A stretch of DNA of 64,000 nt from Octopus sinensis (GCF_006345805.1 NC_043005.1:35216001-35280000), one strand, 5' to 3'. Shown: positions 40,001 through 54,060, counted from the stretch's first letter. The notes: generated from the letters alone by a model not told the origin. Translations and numbers: made by a program.

Positions 40001-43000
40001 AAACACATAGTGTGTACAAGCTCAAACCATAATGGCGACTGAAAGCAAATGGTTATTAAACATTAGCTCCATGGAAATACTATCACCATCAAACTAACTT
40101 CATAGCAATGACCGTGTAGGAATTTTTTTCTGCCACACATTGTACAACTAAAGAGAGAGTTAAAACAAAATACAACTCTATCTCTTTTTGTAAAGATAAC
40201 TCTATATCTACATATCTAAACCCAAATACTAACAGTAAAAGCAAATGGTAAAAACATTAGCTACATTAAAACACTATTATTGCCTGCTCAATTTTAGAAG
40301 TTCCACACCACTAGCCATATAAAACAGGGGAGCTTTTTCTGTCGCACCTTGTACAACTAATGTGACAGTTAATATACTACAAAGTTCAACTTAATCACTT
40401 TGTAAAGACTGTTTCTATATCTGATTTACCTGAAATATGTTGATATTCACTTAATTCCAACCAAGATCCCATCAAACGAGTATAGCCATCTATGTAGTAG
40501 ATGGTAATTTGCATGTTATTTTGTGCAAACCAAATTAAATAACTAAATAGAGACATATAATTAGAAAATGTCGATCACCTTTCCTACAGAGTACTTAATC
40601 ACTGTACTAAATATAACAGTATGTGTGTATATGTGTGTGTGTATGTGTGAATACAAGGATTGTGTGAGTGTGTGCTTGAATACAATATGTGTGTGAATTA
40701 GCCTACATGGTAGGTAGGTGTGTGTTTGCATGTGAGTTGGTAAAACCTGTGTGAGTGTGCTTAATTAAAAGATGTGTGTATGTTAGGCGAAAGTACGTGT
40801 GAAATCTTTTCTTAAAAAAGTTTCACGCACACAAAGAAAATTTTTCTGCAATTGAATTGTAAATTTTAGATTTAGTATCATTATAATAGCAACTTGATGA
40901 AAATTTATATATATATACACACATAATATGCAAACACACATGCATATATACACACACACATGCATACACATACATCCATGCATATATACATACAAACAAA
41001 CACATACACAGAAATCCAAAGATAACTGGGGTTGGGGAGGGGGGGGGGCGATCACTGGAATACAAGACAAGACAACTATTTCAGTTGTCTTCAGATTAGA
41101 AAATAGGAATTTGATATTATATCCCCTCTTCTATTTCACCATTAAGTTGAAGTTTATGGAATATTACTCTCCAGAATCTTCAGAATCTTTAAGATTGCTG
41201 TTGTTGTTAGCCCCAGGTCAACCCTGATCCAGTAGACTATGATCAAAGCTGTTCTAGCTGTCATGATCCAATCTCTTATTTTTCACATGCAATGGCTTTA
41301 ATGTGTCCTTCCTGTTATAAGCTGAAGTGTAAGATTTGAAGTTGATATCACTGTTATTTCTAGCATGTGAAACAACCTTATTAAGTCTCCCTTATGTAGA
41401 CAGATATTGGTGTATTTTCCTCTTGTATGTTCTAGGGATCAGAGGTTAGAGATTAAGATCCGAAACTCACAGTTCTTCTCTGTGGTTTTGACATTTTTAC
41501 TGATGAGCAGAGGTCTATGGACAGTTCATACTTTGATTGAACCCATTAGATACAGAAAATTTGGCTGACATGTTCCTACAATAATTGTAAATGAGTACTG
41601 TCAAGCAAGAAGTGTTATTCACTTCCATTATTCTGCAAGAACATATCTGGCCATGAGAAAATATTACCTTGCTTGGAAATAGGTAAGGGTTGGCGACAGG
41701 AAGGGCATCCAGCCGTAGAAAATCTGTCTCACTAAAATCCGCCCGAACCATTCAAGTATGGAAAAGAGCACATTAAAACGGTGAAGATAATGATAGCTCT
41801 GTTAGCTGTAACCATCTTGTTGCCTGACTTTAAAGGAAGCCACAAAGCCTGAGATATATCAGCTTCTCAGTTGTTCTTCATATGCTAAAATCACTTTCAA
41901 AAACAGTGTAGATTCCCATGGCCAAGTTTGTAGCAAACCTTAGCAAAATCTCACTAAACACAATCAACGTTTCTGCTATTATCAAAATAGATTTCAAGGT
42001 TATGTAATAATGCTGAAAATGATGTCTTAAACCAAACAAGTCTTTTGTTCACAAGGCTGTTGAGAATGTTGGAAAGGAGTATTCAATATTCTGATATCTT
42101 TGTAATGGGTGAGGTAGATGTATAAGAGGGAAATGTTAATAATAATTCAGTCAGGACTACACACACACACATATATGCAGATACTCACCTTGATTTATTT
42201 ATTGATGGTGTGATGATGGCTTCTTTCAATGGTCTCAGAACCTTTTAGCTCCAGAGATTTTTGAAAACATATTTCTAAGGTGTTGCTTGATCAATCTTTT
42301 AGGAAGATAGATGGGAAATCACTTGACCTAACACACACACACACATACATGCATACATACATACAAGTATACATGCATACATGCATACACACACATACAT
42401 GTATATTATATAAACATATTTGAATCATCACTGTAAAGGATTAAAAACAAGAGTCATCTATGTCTAGAATTACATTCAAGTCAATAGGGGTTTGGATTTT
42501 ATCAGTGAGAATCTTAGAGTTTCTTTAAAGAAACCATTCTAACCTAATCCTAAGAGACTCTACTTGCCTACACACACACGCATGTGTGCACACACACACA
42601 CACATGGAGGTTGGTGTTAGGAAGAGCATCCAGTCATAGAAACCATGCCAAAATAGACATGGAACCTGCGTAGTTCTTCCGCTGGTCAGCTCCTGTCAAA
42701 CCATTTGACCCATATCAGCATAGGAAATGGACATTAAATGATGAAGATGATGATTATTATATATCTCCATAATTGTATAGCTAGGGATTTCTACTTTCTT
42801 ACTTACATGTGCAATGCTTGCTTTTCCTTCAAAATTATGTAACTGAATATTTATTAAAATTTTCAGCAATCAAAAAAAAAAAAGTAAGAAAAAAGAAGGA
42901 AAACAATGATAAAAAAGTACTTTTCTTTTTAAAGAACTGTTTTGAAACATAAGATAAAAAACAATTTTGGTGGGGTAGGATAAAAACCACTTGAAAATAT

Positions 43001-44416
43001 TGTTTAGTTGTTTACATTGTTTATTTTACTGAATAAAGTTGTTGATCACTTAGAAAGAATGCTGAATCTAAACTGATCAGAACTGTTGATATGTAAACAG
43101 TTCAGATAGCTCATTTTTCACCTTTCTCTAATTTGTTTTTTGGGGGGGAAGGTGACCTAAAAACATGGTTCAGTGGATATATAGGTCTCTATGCAACAAT
43201 GGTTAAACTAAAAAGTTATTTGTACACATCTTGGGATATTATCATCAATATCAGAGAGAGATGGGGGAGGGGCGGGAAACAAAGGTAATGTTTTGGTGGC
43301 AATTGAGCAGGATCCAATTTCAGTTTCTGCTTCAAATCCTCATGACCATGACAAAAGTATAAATGTCACAATTTTCTTTCCTTTTCTCATCTATCTATTT
43401 ACTTGCCCTAAAACCTGCCTGCCTGCCAGCCTTTCTTCTTTCAAAAGCAATAACATTCAAACTAGAATCAAACACCTCCCTAAATTTCACACCGATCTAT
43501 TTTATTTGATTAATTACTTTTACAATTAAACATTATTAACATCCATATACTCTAATCCTGATTATATAGCTTTTACACTCTTGGATTATCTTTACAACCT
43601 TCGTTTACCTCCTCATTTAACATCACTCACTGATCCCATTGTTCTCACCTACCCATCATCACAAATCTTCTGTACAACTTCTTGATTTACCTGGTTGTTA
43701 GTTTCAAATTTATGGTGAATATTTGTTCTTATACATAGTTATGAAGTCACAAATGTAGACAAAGGGCTACAGTTGGTCAGGTCAACAGTAAAAATTGACC
43801 CTGCAAAGACTAAAGGTAATATTGATCTTAGCAGGATTTTTTTTTTTTACATCTCTGAAACTCATAAACAGGATGTGTTGTTTTCAGGCTTTCAATGAAA
43901 AAGAGCCCAAGATATACTGTGCAACTCAGTCATGTCTGATGATTTAATGTACTGTTCCACATTTGAAAAGTTTTAAAACAGGAAACCATTCAGTAACATA
44001 AATTGGCTGCTATGAGATTAAATTTATAATACTATGTAAAATATATTATATACCTACTCTATTATCTAATATTCAACTGTCTACTTTTTCGTTTTGACTG
44101 ATGTAAACTTAAAACTTATTGGACAGTTATATGTGTGTGTGTGTGTGTGTGTATGTGTGTGCATGACTGTACTTTTATTTTCGTGCTAAATCTAAGTCTG
44201 TCCTTTCTCTTAGTGGCATGTCAACTTTGGAAAATTCTTACTTCCTGAGATTATCTCTCCTTCTCAAGTGCTGCCGGTCGTCATTGTCATTTGAAAATTA
44301 AGATATATATCCCACTTGAGGCAATGATATTTTACAAAACAAGAATTTATGTAGTATGGTGATTATTTATGTTGTTCAAATACATACCACTGGCTACTCA
44401 GTTATTTCTCTTTGCT

Positions 44417-44429
<13 letters not shown>

Positions 44430-44457
<28 letters not shown>

Positions 44458-44758
44458 GAAGGGTAGAAATTGATATTTATCAATTAAAACCAGTGGTCTA
44501 GCATATTAAAAAGAATCCGAAGATTAAAATATTTATATATACCAAATTAAGGACTGAACACGAAAAGTGGACAGTCAACATGCTAGATATAGACGTCAAA
44601 TCGCCATTCACCACAAAGATTATGTTCTCAGATAAAACTCAGCACAAAACACAGTTTTATTTGAGAACATAATCTTTGTGGAGAATGGCGATTTGACGTC
44701 TATATCTAGCATGTTGACTGTCCACTTTTTGTGTTCAGTCCTTAATTGGTATATATAT
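44430..44758. repeat. Element inserted in (TA)n with a ~99-bp-arm foldback inverted repeat
   Basis: Arms 44541-44639 and 44653-44750, 13-nt spacer, 3 mismatches and 1 indel. Confidence 0.92.
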
Positions 44759-45272
44759 ATACTAGCATGGACAACGGCTGTTAAATGATGAAGATGATGA
44801 TGATGATGAGGATGATGCTATGTGTTCACACACACACAGAAAATTAACAGAAAGCTATATTTGCTTATGGCACTCTTCCAGAGTGGCTACAGCCGTAATA
44901 ATTGAAACCAACTAAAATAACGCCACACATGTTGTTCATATTTAAGTTCTGATCCAGTTAATCTATCATCAATATGGTTTCAGCCCATGACCAGCTCATC
45001 TGTTATTCAACCAGAGTTTTCACAACTATATAACTTAAGTTTCTGATTTGGTTGGGTAGGATATTAGAAAGATTTGTTTGCAGAAAAAGCAACTATGAAG
45101 AGGTCCCCCTTGCTTGTTATTTTGTGTTGAAGTGATTATGTGTATGTGTGTACATGTTTGCAAATATAAGTATGTGCACATATATGTGTTGATGTGTGTA
45201 TATGCACACACATATATATATATATATTATATATATATATTATATATATATATATAGATATATATATATATA

Positions 45273-45503
45273 TTTCTTTACTACCCACAAGGGGCTAAAC
45301 ACAGAGGGGACAAACAAGGACAGACAAAGGGATTAAGTCGATTACATCGACTCCAGTGCGTAACCGGTACTTAATTTATCGACCCCGAAAGGATGAAAGG
45401 CAAAGTCGACCTCGGCGGAATTTGAACTCGGAACGTAACGACAGACGAAATACGGCTACGCAGGTCGCCCAGCGCGCTAACGTTTCTGCCAGCTCGCCGC
45501 CTT
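45273..45503 (-). mobile_element. Young full-length family A SINE inserted in (TA)n
   Basis: Reverse complement of the 61678-61911 consensus. Confidence 0.92.
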
Positions 45504-46102
45504 TATATATATATATATAAATATATATAACATGTATACTATACATGCGAGTGCATGATTTTATAAAACAGTATGTGTGCACATGGGAGTATAAATATAC
45601 ATATATATACAAGTGTTTGTGTGTGTACATGTGGATGTGTATATGTGTACACATGTATGTGTGTGTATCTGCACATATATAGGCACGTAATGTGTATGAT
45701 AATATACATGTATATATGCATGTTTATAAATGAATACATGTGTGTGAGTGTATATGTCATGAATAAATCTGGTTACTTAAACCAGGAAATACAACATAGC
45801 ACCTCTCCAGCTGTCTCTCATAAAAATGAAGGATTTATATTAAAATAAGTATTTATTAATTGCATTCATTTGTTTAACTTAGACATGCATTGCATTGGAG
45901 GCAAGTGACATCAGATAGATGGAAACTGCATAGAAGCCCAACAGTTGGATTGTTGTAATTTAAAAGTACAGTCTTGATACACATTGTATGCAATTGATTC
46001 TATCTGAAAATTATGTAAAGGGGACATGTGTCTGCAGAATACTCAGCCACTTATGTTAATCCAAGTGATCCAACAACTGTTGAACAGCTGAGATCCACCA
46101 TC

Positions 46103-46176
<74 letters not shown>

Positions 46177-46292
46177 TAGATAAAAATATGGGTATACACA
46201 CATATACACATACATACATTGCACACATTTCTGCATCAACCAGCTAATGAATTTTTGAAATGGCTGTTAAGATACACACACACACACACACA

Positions 46293-47141
46293 CAGGGTGT
46301 GGTGAATAAACTGTCGTTTAGATTAAGCAAAAATGAATGTAACACTGACATCTCATTTTAACGGATATATTTACCCAAAATTACATAAAAATATCTTGAA
46401 ATGCTAAAGAGTAAATTAATTCAATAAATCTGCCATTGGCTTCAACTATAGCCTCCAGACGACTTTGGAAGCTCCTGCAACTCGTCTGGACTGTCTCCCT
46501 GCTTAAGTTGGTGAATGCTGCCATAATCTTTGCCTTCAGTTCATCTTTGGTTACAAGGAGTTTTGTTGGTCTCTTGCTCAACTGTGCCCCACACATCAAG
46601 GGGGTTAGATGGCCAGACGTTAGTGGTGATGTGGTCGCAGAAATTGTCTGATATCCATGACAGGGATCTCCTGTTTGTGTAGCATGGTGCAGAGTCCTGT
46701 TGCCAGACATAAGGTCTTCCGCAGCCACCCTGTTGATCCAGGGCAGCACTACCTCATTCATGCACTTGATGTAGGCTTCTGTGTTGTCTGAGGCCATGTG
46801 TAAAGACGAATGGAGGCATAATATCATCATTACTAGTGATCAATCCAAACACCATGATGTTGACTGGATGTTTGATTTTTATTAATTTTAGTAAATGCTC
46901 TGTTCTCTGATTAGCACCCAAACACTCTGAAATGTTTGTATCGGAGCTTCTGGCATGAATGCCAAGCAATACAGTATGTTGTTTCAAAATTTTTGGCTGA
47001 GTGAATAGCATCATGGTGCTGTTTTTATCACAGACTGTGCCCAACTGACCCTACTATACTGTGTAGTTGACAAAATCAAAAACAATGAGCATGCATGAAA
47101 TTAAAAATATGAAATAGTGACAACTTACCCATCACACCCTG
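46293..47141 (-). mobile_element. Internally deleted Tc1/mariner transposon, maT (DD37D)-like transposase pseudogene
   Basis: TIRs CAGGGTGTG.TG..TAA..TGTC, TA at the right end; pieces read KIKHPVNIMVFGLITSNDDIMPPF / NTEAYIKCMNEVVLPWINRVAA / WQQDSAPC / SDNFCDHITTNVWPSNPLDVWG / KDELKAKIMAAFTNL..RLEAIVEANGRFIE. Confidence 0.88.
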
Positions 47142-47293
47142 TATACTGATGCATATTTTACATCATATTCATCTAAAATTATTGAAATGATGTATCAGTT
47201 ATGGGTAGTTAGTGTGTATGTGTGCACGTACGCACACACTAACACAGACAAATGCATGCACGCGAGTGTGTGTGAGACAGAAAGAGAGAAAGT

Positions 47294-47335
<42 letters not shown>

Positions 47336-47698
47336 CACACACACATATATATACACACATACATATACATACATATATATGCATACATATGTATATAGAT
47401 ATATATATATATATATACACATATATATATATATAAAGAGAGAGAGGGAGAAAGAGAAATTGTTTACATTCCATAGTTGTTGATATAGATGTCAACTATA
47501 GCAGGTTTAATAACGAAGGCAGCCATTAGTAATTGTGAGTCAAAATTCTTCAAATGCTCCAAAGAGAGAAACATTACAAGACTGTCAAATTTGACATTGT
47601 TGTGACATTGGTGCAATTTTCTGGATGTAAAGAATATCATATTGGAGGAAATTTCTTCAAATGACATAGCACACACACATATTTCTCCTTCTCTCCGC

Positions 47699-47733
<35 letters not shown>

Positions 47734-48677
47734 AATATCATGTGGCATTTTGTCTGACAACTCTAATAATTCCGCTGATCCTAATCATTATGATCCCTAA
47801 TCATCATCACCTTCATTTTCATGTCGACTTTTCCATGCTTGCATGGGGCATATGAAATTTGTTGTGGCAGGTTTTCTATAGCCAGATGCCCTTCTTGTTG
47901 CCAGCTCTCACTTATTTCTAAAATAAAATTTTCCCATTGCTAGACATGTTTTTTGTGGAAGACTGGAAACAAACAACACTGCTGGTATGATGGTGATGCT
48001 CATTTACAACCATTACATGATGTCAGGACAAGAGTAAACACACACACACGCACGCACGCACACGTGCATGCACACACACACATGTATATGACATATTTCT
48101 TTCAGATTCCATTAACTAGATCAACTGACAAAGCTTTGGTTGGCCTGAGACTATAATAGAAGACACCTGCCTAAGTGCCATGCAGTAGGACTGAACCCAA
48201 GACCACATAGCTGAGAAGCAAGCTTCTTATCACACAGTCACACCAACAGGTATATATTATTTAATAAAAGACCATAGGTTGCAGCACACATTTTCTGGAA
48301 GCAAATACAGAGGAATATTTCCCCCAAGAAAATATGTGTCACATTGTCATTTAAATACCAAGAATAGTGTGTGGGGGTGTTGTTGATATACTGATTTGTT
48401 AAAATTAGTCTTTAAAATAATTTATTGGGAACCATTAATGTGGGGACTTCTTTGTTGCTTTGTTTGCATATTTCATTGATTGAAGTTCCGGTATCATTTA
48501 ACTATCTCCCCCATAACCTAATGTAGTACAACCAAGAACTCTGAAACAGATGTGATAGTTTCTATATTTGTGCAATAAGGAAAAATTCATACAATAGAAT
48601 TGAAATTTATTTCCATCAATACCATATGGTGGTTATTTGTGTCAAAGAGAATGCCACTATGTAGTTGTCTGACTTAC

Positions 48678-48739
48678 AAAGAATAGGAGTCAAATGCCCC
48701 CATCCCAATCCCACGCAGAGTCATCTTCAAAAAGGCGCA
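48678..48739 (-). CDS. Candidate 62-nt exon
   Basis: AATACAG acceptor (weak), TT|GTAAGT donor; phase 0 to 2, encodes CAFLKMTLRGIGMGAFDSYS; retains 2 CpGs. Confidence 0.2.
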
Positions 48740-48879
48740 CTGTATTATGTAGACACTAGGATAACAAAAAGTCATATATTATTGTCAGTTATCCAACAAC
48801 TTGATCAATATTTACAATAAATCTGATGCTAACTTATAATTCTATAAAGTTTTAACCTAAAGATGTTGTCACTAATCTC

Positions 48880-49520
48880 AGCATAGATCAAAGAGTGGAA
48901 TGTGTAACAATACACACCATACATTACACTGAAAGATCACTAGCTAATTTATCTAGTAAGCTTAAATGTAGGTCAATTAACCCTGCTAAATCTGAGATAG
49001 ATATAATTAGCGAGGATAACAGAGATTCAATGATACTTAAGACAAAAATATGTAACTTATTTTTCCATTATGGAACAACAGTATTAACAAACATTTTAAA
49101 ATGCACAGAATTTGATATTGGATTCCAGCCTCTTATATATATATATATGCTCCTTCCTTTCAAGACTGAACTTAAACCAACAACATATTTGTTGGTTTTA
49201 TTTTTATGTTTGGAGATATTAGAATCTGTTGAATATAACATTTTATCTTTGAAGCTAGTATTACAAAGTGCCATGTTATATAATGAGAAGGCCTGACGAA
49301 TGTGGTCTCAGCTGAAGATAAAAGTGATATGCATTTACCAATGTTAGGTGCTAAATTTCTTTGAGGAGTAGGAGGGGTAGAATTATTATTTACATAAAAT
49401 AGCCTTTCATGGGATTTTTGATAAGGGTAGGATTTATTAGTCATTAATAAAGTTAAAGTGGCAGCCAAAATATTTAACAAGTTTAAAGGTTGGTGTCTAC
49501 ATGGGATCCTATGGAAGACC
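48880..49520 (-). pseudogene. Possible very old non-LTR retrotransposon RT C-terminal remnant
   Basis: Fragments VKYFGCHFNF, ILPLSKIP*KAIL and FKMFVNTVVP*WKN in the expected order; multiple stops. Confidence 0.3.
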
Positions 49521-49722
49521 AAGTCTCATCGCTTTTGTTAAAGTCTAGGAAATCTTATCAAAATCAAAACAAAAAGACAGAAAGAAATAGAGACAAAGAA
49601 ACAACAGAACTATTTTATATGCACGATGATCACAGTTACCTGAAGATTGGCAATGAGGGATACACACAGAGTAATGATTTGTGAAGTTTCAACTTCAATA
49701 AAATACATATATGTATGCATGT

Positions 49723-49771
<49 letters not shown>

Positions 49772-50222
49772 CATATACACATGTATATACACACAGACAG
49801 GCACACACATATACATGCATATTTATATAAATATGTACATAAATATACATATACACAAGCACATTCATGCATATACATAGATGTATGCAATGAGATGAGT
49901 ATTTATACTTGTATGTATGCACAAGTATTGACTTCATTAAAAAAATCAAAAAAATCATGAAGGGATGGTAACCACACAGCGATTGTGTTCTATGGACATT
50001 GAACTAGGAAAACTGTAATCATATCAATATTGAAGTTTTGATCACACATTGGTCATAAAATAGGTACAATGGTTTATGAACAAAAATAACAGGGTAAGAA
50101 TAGATTACAGATATCTGAGTGACATAATTACTTCTCTCTCTCTATCTATCTATCTACATAGATAGACAGACAGATAGGTATACACATGTGCTCATATCAA
50201 AAAAGAAAACTGTATACATACA

Positions 50223-50265
<43 letters not shown>

Positions 50266-50284
50266 GCCATGATAGATCGTTAGC

Positions 50285-50425
50285 CACTACACACATTTTT
50301 TTCTCTCCTTGTTTTTTCTGTGTCCCTTTCTGTAGAAGAGCGTAGGCTCGAAACATAAAAGACTTTTTCTATTCCTGAGCGTTATACTAATACATCTGTT
50401 TGCTTTTTTCGTAAACTCTCCTCAT
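50285..50425 (+). mobile_element. Hammerhead-like element copy 2, internally deleted
   Basis: CTTT-CTGTAGAA-GAGC-GTAG-GCTC-GAAA-CA-TA-AAAG at 50326-50361. Confidence 0.7.
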
Positions 50426-51121
50426 ATATATATATATACACTCAACATTTACAGAAGGGTACCCATATATGAGTTGTTTGAATAATGCATAAGCTGGAAT
50501 TTGATCAATGAACCACAAGCAGACTATGCATCATGTAAATGGCTGGGAACCCATAGCTTAGTGAATTGAAATTTGAACAAAAAACCACTAGTTGACTATG
50601 AATGAATAAGTGGTTGGAAAAGTGTGTATAAAGTAGTTCATTAATGTCTATCTATGCATTTCATGCAACTTGCAAATCTTCCTATTTTCTAATGAAAATA
50701 TTAAGACTTCTCATATTTTTTGCTAAAACCCTAACTATAGATCAACAAAAAGTAAGACAAAAGGAAATACACACACACACACACATATATGTATTTACTA
50801 TTGATGGATGGACAAATAATATTTTATTTCATACCTTTATGTGGTCACTGAGTGTGGTTTGGATTGGATTACCTTATTTATATGTACTTCAATTCATCAA
50901 GTTATGAACAAGACTCCAGAATGAAATATGTTCATACAGAGCCTCTACTGTACATATATAAAACTATAAATAAGAGTACATTTCAGCTACGCAGATGATT
51001 AACTGAAACTTTTGCACCTAAAGAAAGTTATCAATACCTCATGCATGTCTGTCTGTCTATCAATCTATCTATCTATCTGTCTGTCTGTCTGTCTTTATAT
51101 CTATCTATGTATATATATATA

Positions 51122-51240
51122 TAAAGGGAAAGTTTACGAAAATAAACAAAAGACGAAGGCAGGTGGAGTACAAACAAACAAATGTATTAGTATAGCGCTC
51201 AGGAATAGAAAAAGTCTTTTATGTTTCGAGCCTACGCTAT
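51122..51240 (-). mobile_element. Hammerhead-like element copy 3, truncated within the motif
   Basis: Near-identical to 52632-52750; flanked by (TA)n. Confidence 0.7.
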
Positions 51241-52104
51241 ATATACACATATCTATATAAATAAATACACATATTTAAACACACACACATATACATACAT
51301 ACATACATACTTGCATACCTCCCCCACTAACAAACTATTGGTTTCCTTTGTGAAATGTTTCGTGAAAATATTTATGGAAATATCTTCTTCATTTCAACAA
51401 AAAAATTATTAATAAATATTTCAATGATAATTTCGGAAAATTTTTTCCTTCTTTACAGTAGAATAACAAACTCATACATTTTGTACAGTTTGGCCTTTGT
51501 TACCAGATAGGGTAAATATAAATATATATATATTTTATGACTGTTTCCTGAGGAAGCTCAATAGAACTAGCATTCATTATATTTATCCATTTGAGTGTCA
51601 TTGTGTTTTTAAATACAATCTGTATTGCTGAGTCGTTGAAAATATAGCAAAACATTTAGTTTTGAATGAGGTGGTGGACACTGATGGTGTCATGTGATAT
51701 CAGTTTCATTCTTTTGCCCTGTCACGCGTCCCACCTGATGTTAGGGTATTTTTTTTTTTCGTTTACAACACTCTCTGCTGACGTATATCTCTCCCTTTGC
51801 TCAACAATTGGAAGAGATTTGTCCATTATTTCTATAAGAGAATAGTCTCTATTATTTTGCAGCTAATTCACTGACTGTAATTCTATAAAGAATTTCTTTC
51901 ATTTTTTTTGCCGTATGATATGCATATGTGTGTCAACAAATTGTGTACAGTTGGCGCCTGTCTTTAAATATATGTTGTCAAATGCCTGCCAAAATTCATT
52001 TGTGTGTGTGCCTATATATATATAGGTGTGTGTGTATGAGTGTGTGAATATATATAATGTATGTCTATATGTTATGTGAATATATATATTATGTATTTTG
52101 TATA

Positions 52105-52142
<38 letters not shown>

Positions 52143-52195
52143 AGCAATGAAAATGCATGTTAAATGATGACGAGGATGATTATATTATATTATAT

Positions 52196-52222
<27 letters not shown>

Positions 52223-52227
<5 letters not shown>

Positions 52228-52475
52228 AAGTTATAAATGACAGAGAAATATTATGATGAAAATTTATTGAACAATAAGAAAATTCAAATAAGACAACAAA
52301 TTGTTTCATAACATAAACCATGTAAAGATCATTTATATTATTATAGTTAATAATAAATAAATTATTTACATGTCTGCATTAATGCTTTAAGTTACAAAAC
52401 AATTTGTCATGATATTTGAATTTTCTTATAGTTAAATTTTCATCATAATATTTCTCTGTCACTTATAACTTTATA
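52223..52475. mobile_element. Foldback MITE with ~90-bp imperfect TIRs
   Basis: Left TATAAAGTTATAAATGACAGAGAAATATTATGATGAAAATTTA; right end reverse-complement TATAAAGTTATAAGTGACAGAGAAATATTATGATGAAAATTTA. Confidence 0.85.
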
Positions 52476-52596
52476 CACTCATTGTTTTCTCTTGTATTGT
52501 ACCATTAATTCTATATGAATTGTAGAATGATATATTAAGGAGCTTTTTTTATGAATACTACTGGATTACTTGAATCCATATATTGTGACTTAAACT

Positions 52597-52628
<32 letters not shown>

Positions 52629-52631
52629 TAT

Positions 52632-52815
52632 ATAAAGGGAAGTTTACGAAAATAAACAAAAGACGAAGGCAGGTGGAGTACAAACAAACAAATGTATTAG
52701 TATAGCACTCAGGAATAGAAAAAGTCTTTTACGTTTCGAGCCTATGCTCTTCAACAGAAAGATACACAGAAAAAAACAAGGAGAGAAACAAGGAGAGAAA
52801 AAAATGCGTGTAGGA
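52632..52815 (-). mobile_element. Hammerhead-like element copy 4, best preserved motif
   Basis: Minus strand TCTTT-CTGTTGAA-GAGC-ATAG-GCTC-GAAA-CG-TA-AAAGA at 52725-52762. Confidence 0.72.
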
Positions 52816-53299
52816 GCTATATATATATGACATTGGCAGTAATCATGTAGTAGGTAAATTCATAAACCACAATAGCAAAAGTGCATAGGTTAGTTATTAC
52901 ATGTTGACCTCACAGTCCTAAGTTTGTGAGTTCGATTCTAGACCATGTGGCTTACCATGTCCTTGAGCAAGTTACTTCACATTTTGTCTTGTTCCAACCT
53001 ATTCAACTGAAAAAGAATACCAGCCAAGTACTTGTGCAGCCCACTTTCTCTCCATGAGTCACATCCTTGATGTTCCAACCAGATTAAAGGAGCCCCCCAT
53101 GTCAGCTCATGACTAGACAGTCCCCTAAAACTATTAGCAAAAGCTTGGTACATAGCAGTAGATTATAGTAGTAGCTTACAATTGACAGTTACAGTGCTTT
53201 GTTTTGGTTTTTAATTTGGTTACCCAGGCATAGATCTTAGCAGCAGTTTTCTATGCCAGTGAGATATGGAAGAGCACCATAAAAAAAATCAACAGAAAG

Positions 53300-53620
53300 C
53301 TACATATGTTCTACCAGATGCTCGAGAAGGATTATGAGAACATACCCTGTAACCGCTGAAAACGTTCCTAAGACCACTTGGTGAAAACATCACAGAATAA
53401 AGATAGACACCAAACAGGACCAGCTACCAGAACATGATAATTTTAAAGCAGCTTTTAAATGGACACCACTGGGGTGAAAAAGAAAGAGGAAAGCTGAAAA
53501 GTACATGGCAGAGGACACTGATAGCCAATATGAGAGAGGTGGATATTGCATGACCAGATATAGAGAAAATTACTCGCCAACAGAAACCAGTGGCGTCAAT
53601 TTGCTGCCTAATGTGTTTGG
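53300..53620 (+). pseudogene. Decayed RTE-type LINE C-terminus (a different subfamily)
   Basis: KAAFKWTPLG*KRKRKAEKY/STWQRTLIANMREVDIA*PDIEKI resembles the RTE ALxWTPxGKRKRGRPKxTWRRT motif. Confidence 0.6.
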
Positions 53621-53765
53621 TAACACAGAAAGAACCGATACTGACACTCAAGTAACAAGCTTCTATCCTGTAAACGTAATAATTTTCAGTATATCTTTTT
53701 ATCTGAAATCCTGGCAAGTGTCCTATGTCACACTAACTGTGTCAGCAACGACACACACACACACA

Positions 53766-53808
<43 letters not shown>

Positions 53809-53903
53809 TATGTGCATGAGCACGCACACGTTTTTCAAAAAAATATATAAAATGAAAATCAAACACCTAAAACATTTAATCCAAGCCTGCAATTTAACAC
53901 CAA

Positions 53904-53942
53904 TTAATAATAATAATAATAATAATAATAATGATAATAATA

Positions 53943-54003
<61 letters not shown>

Positions 54004-54014
54004 TGATAATAATA

Positions 54015-54060
<46 letters not shown>

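Noticed and set aside
41455-41515. CGAAAC...CTGATGAG arrangement like a type II hammerhead
   Set aside because: Stem I is weak and stem II is only 1 bp; consistent with chance
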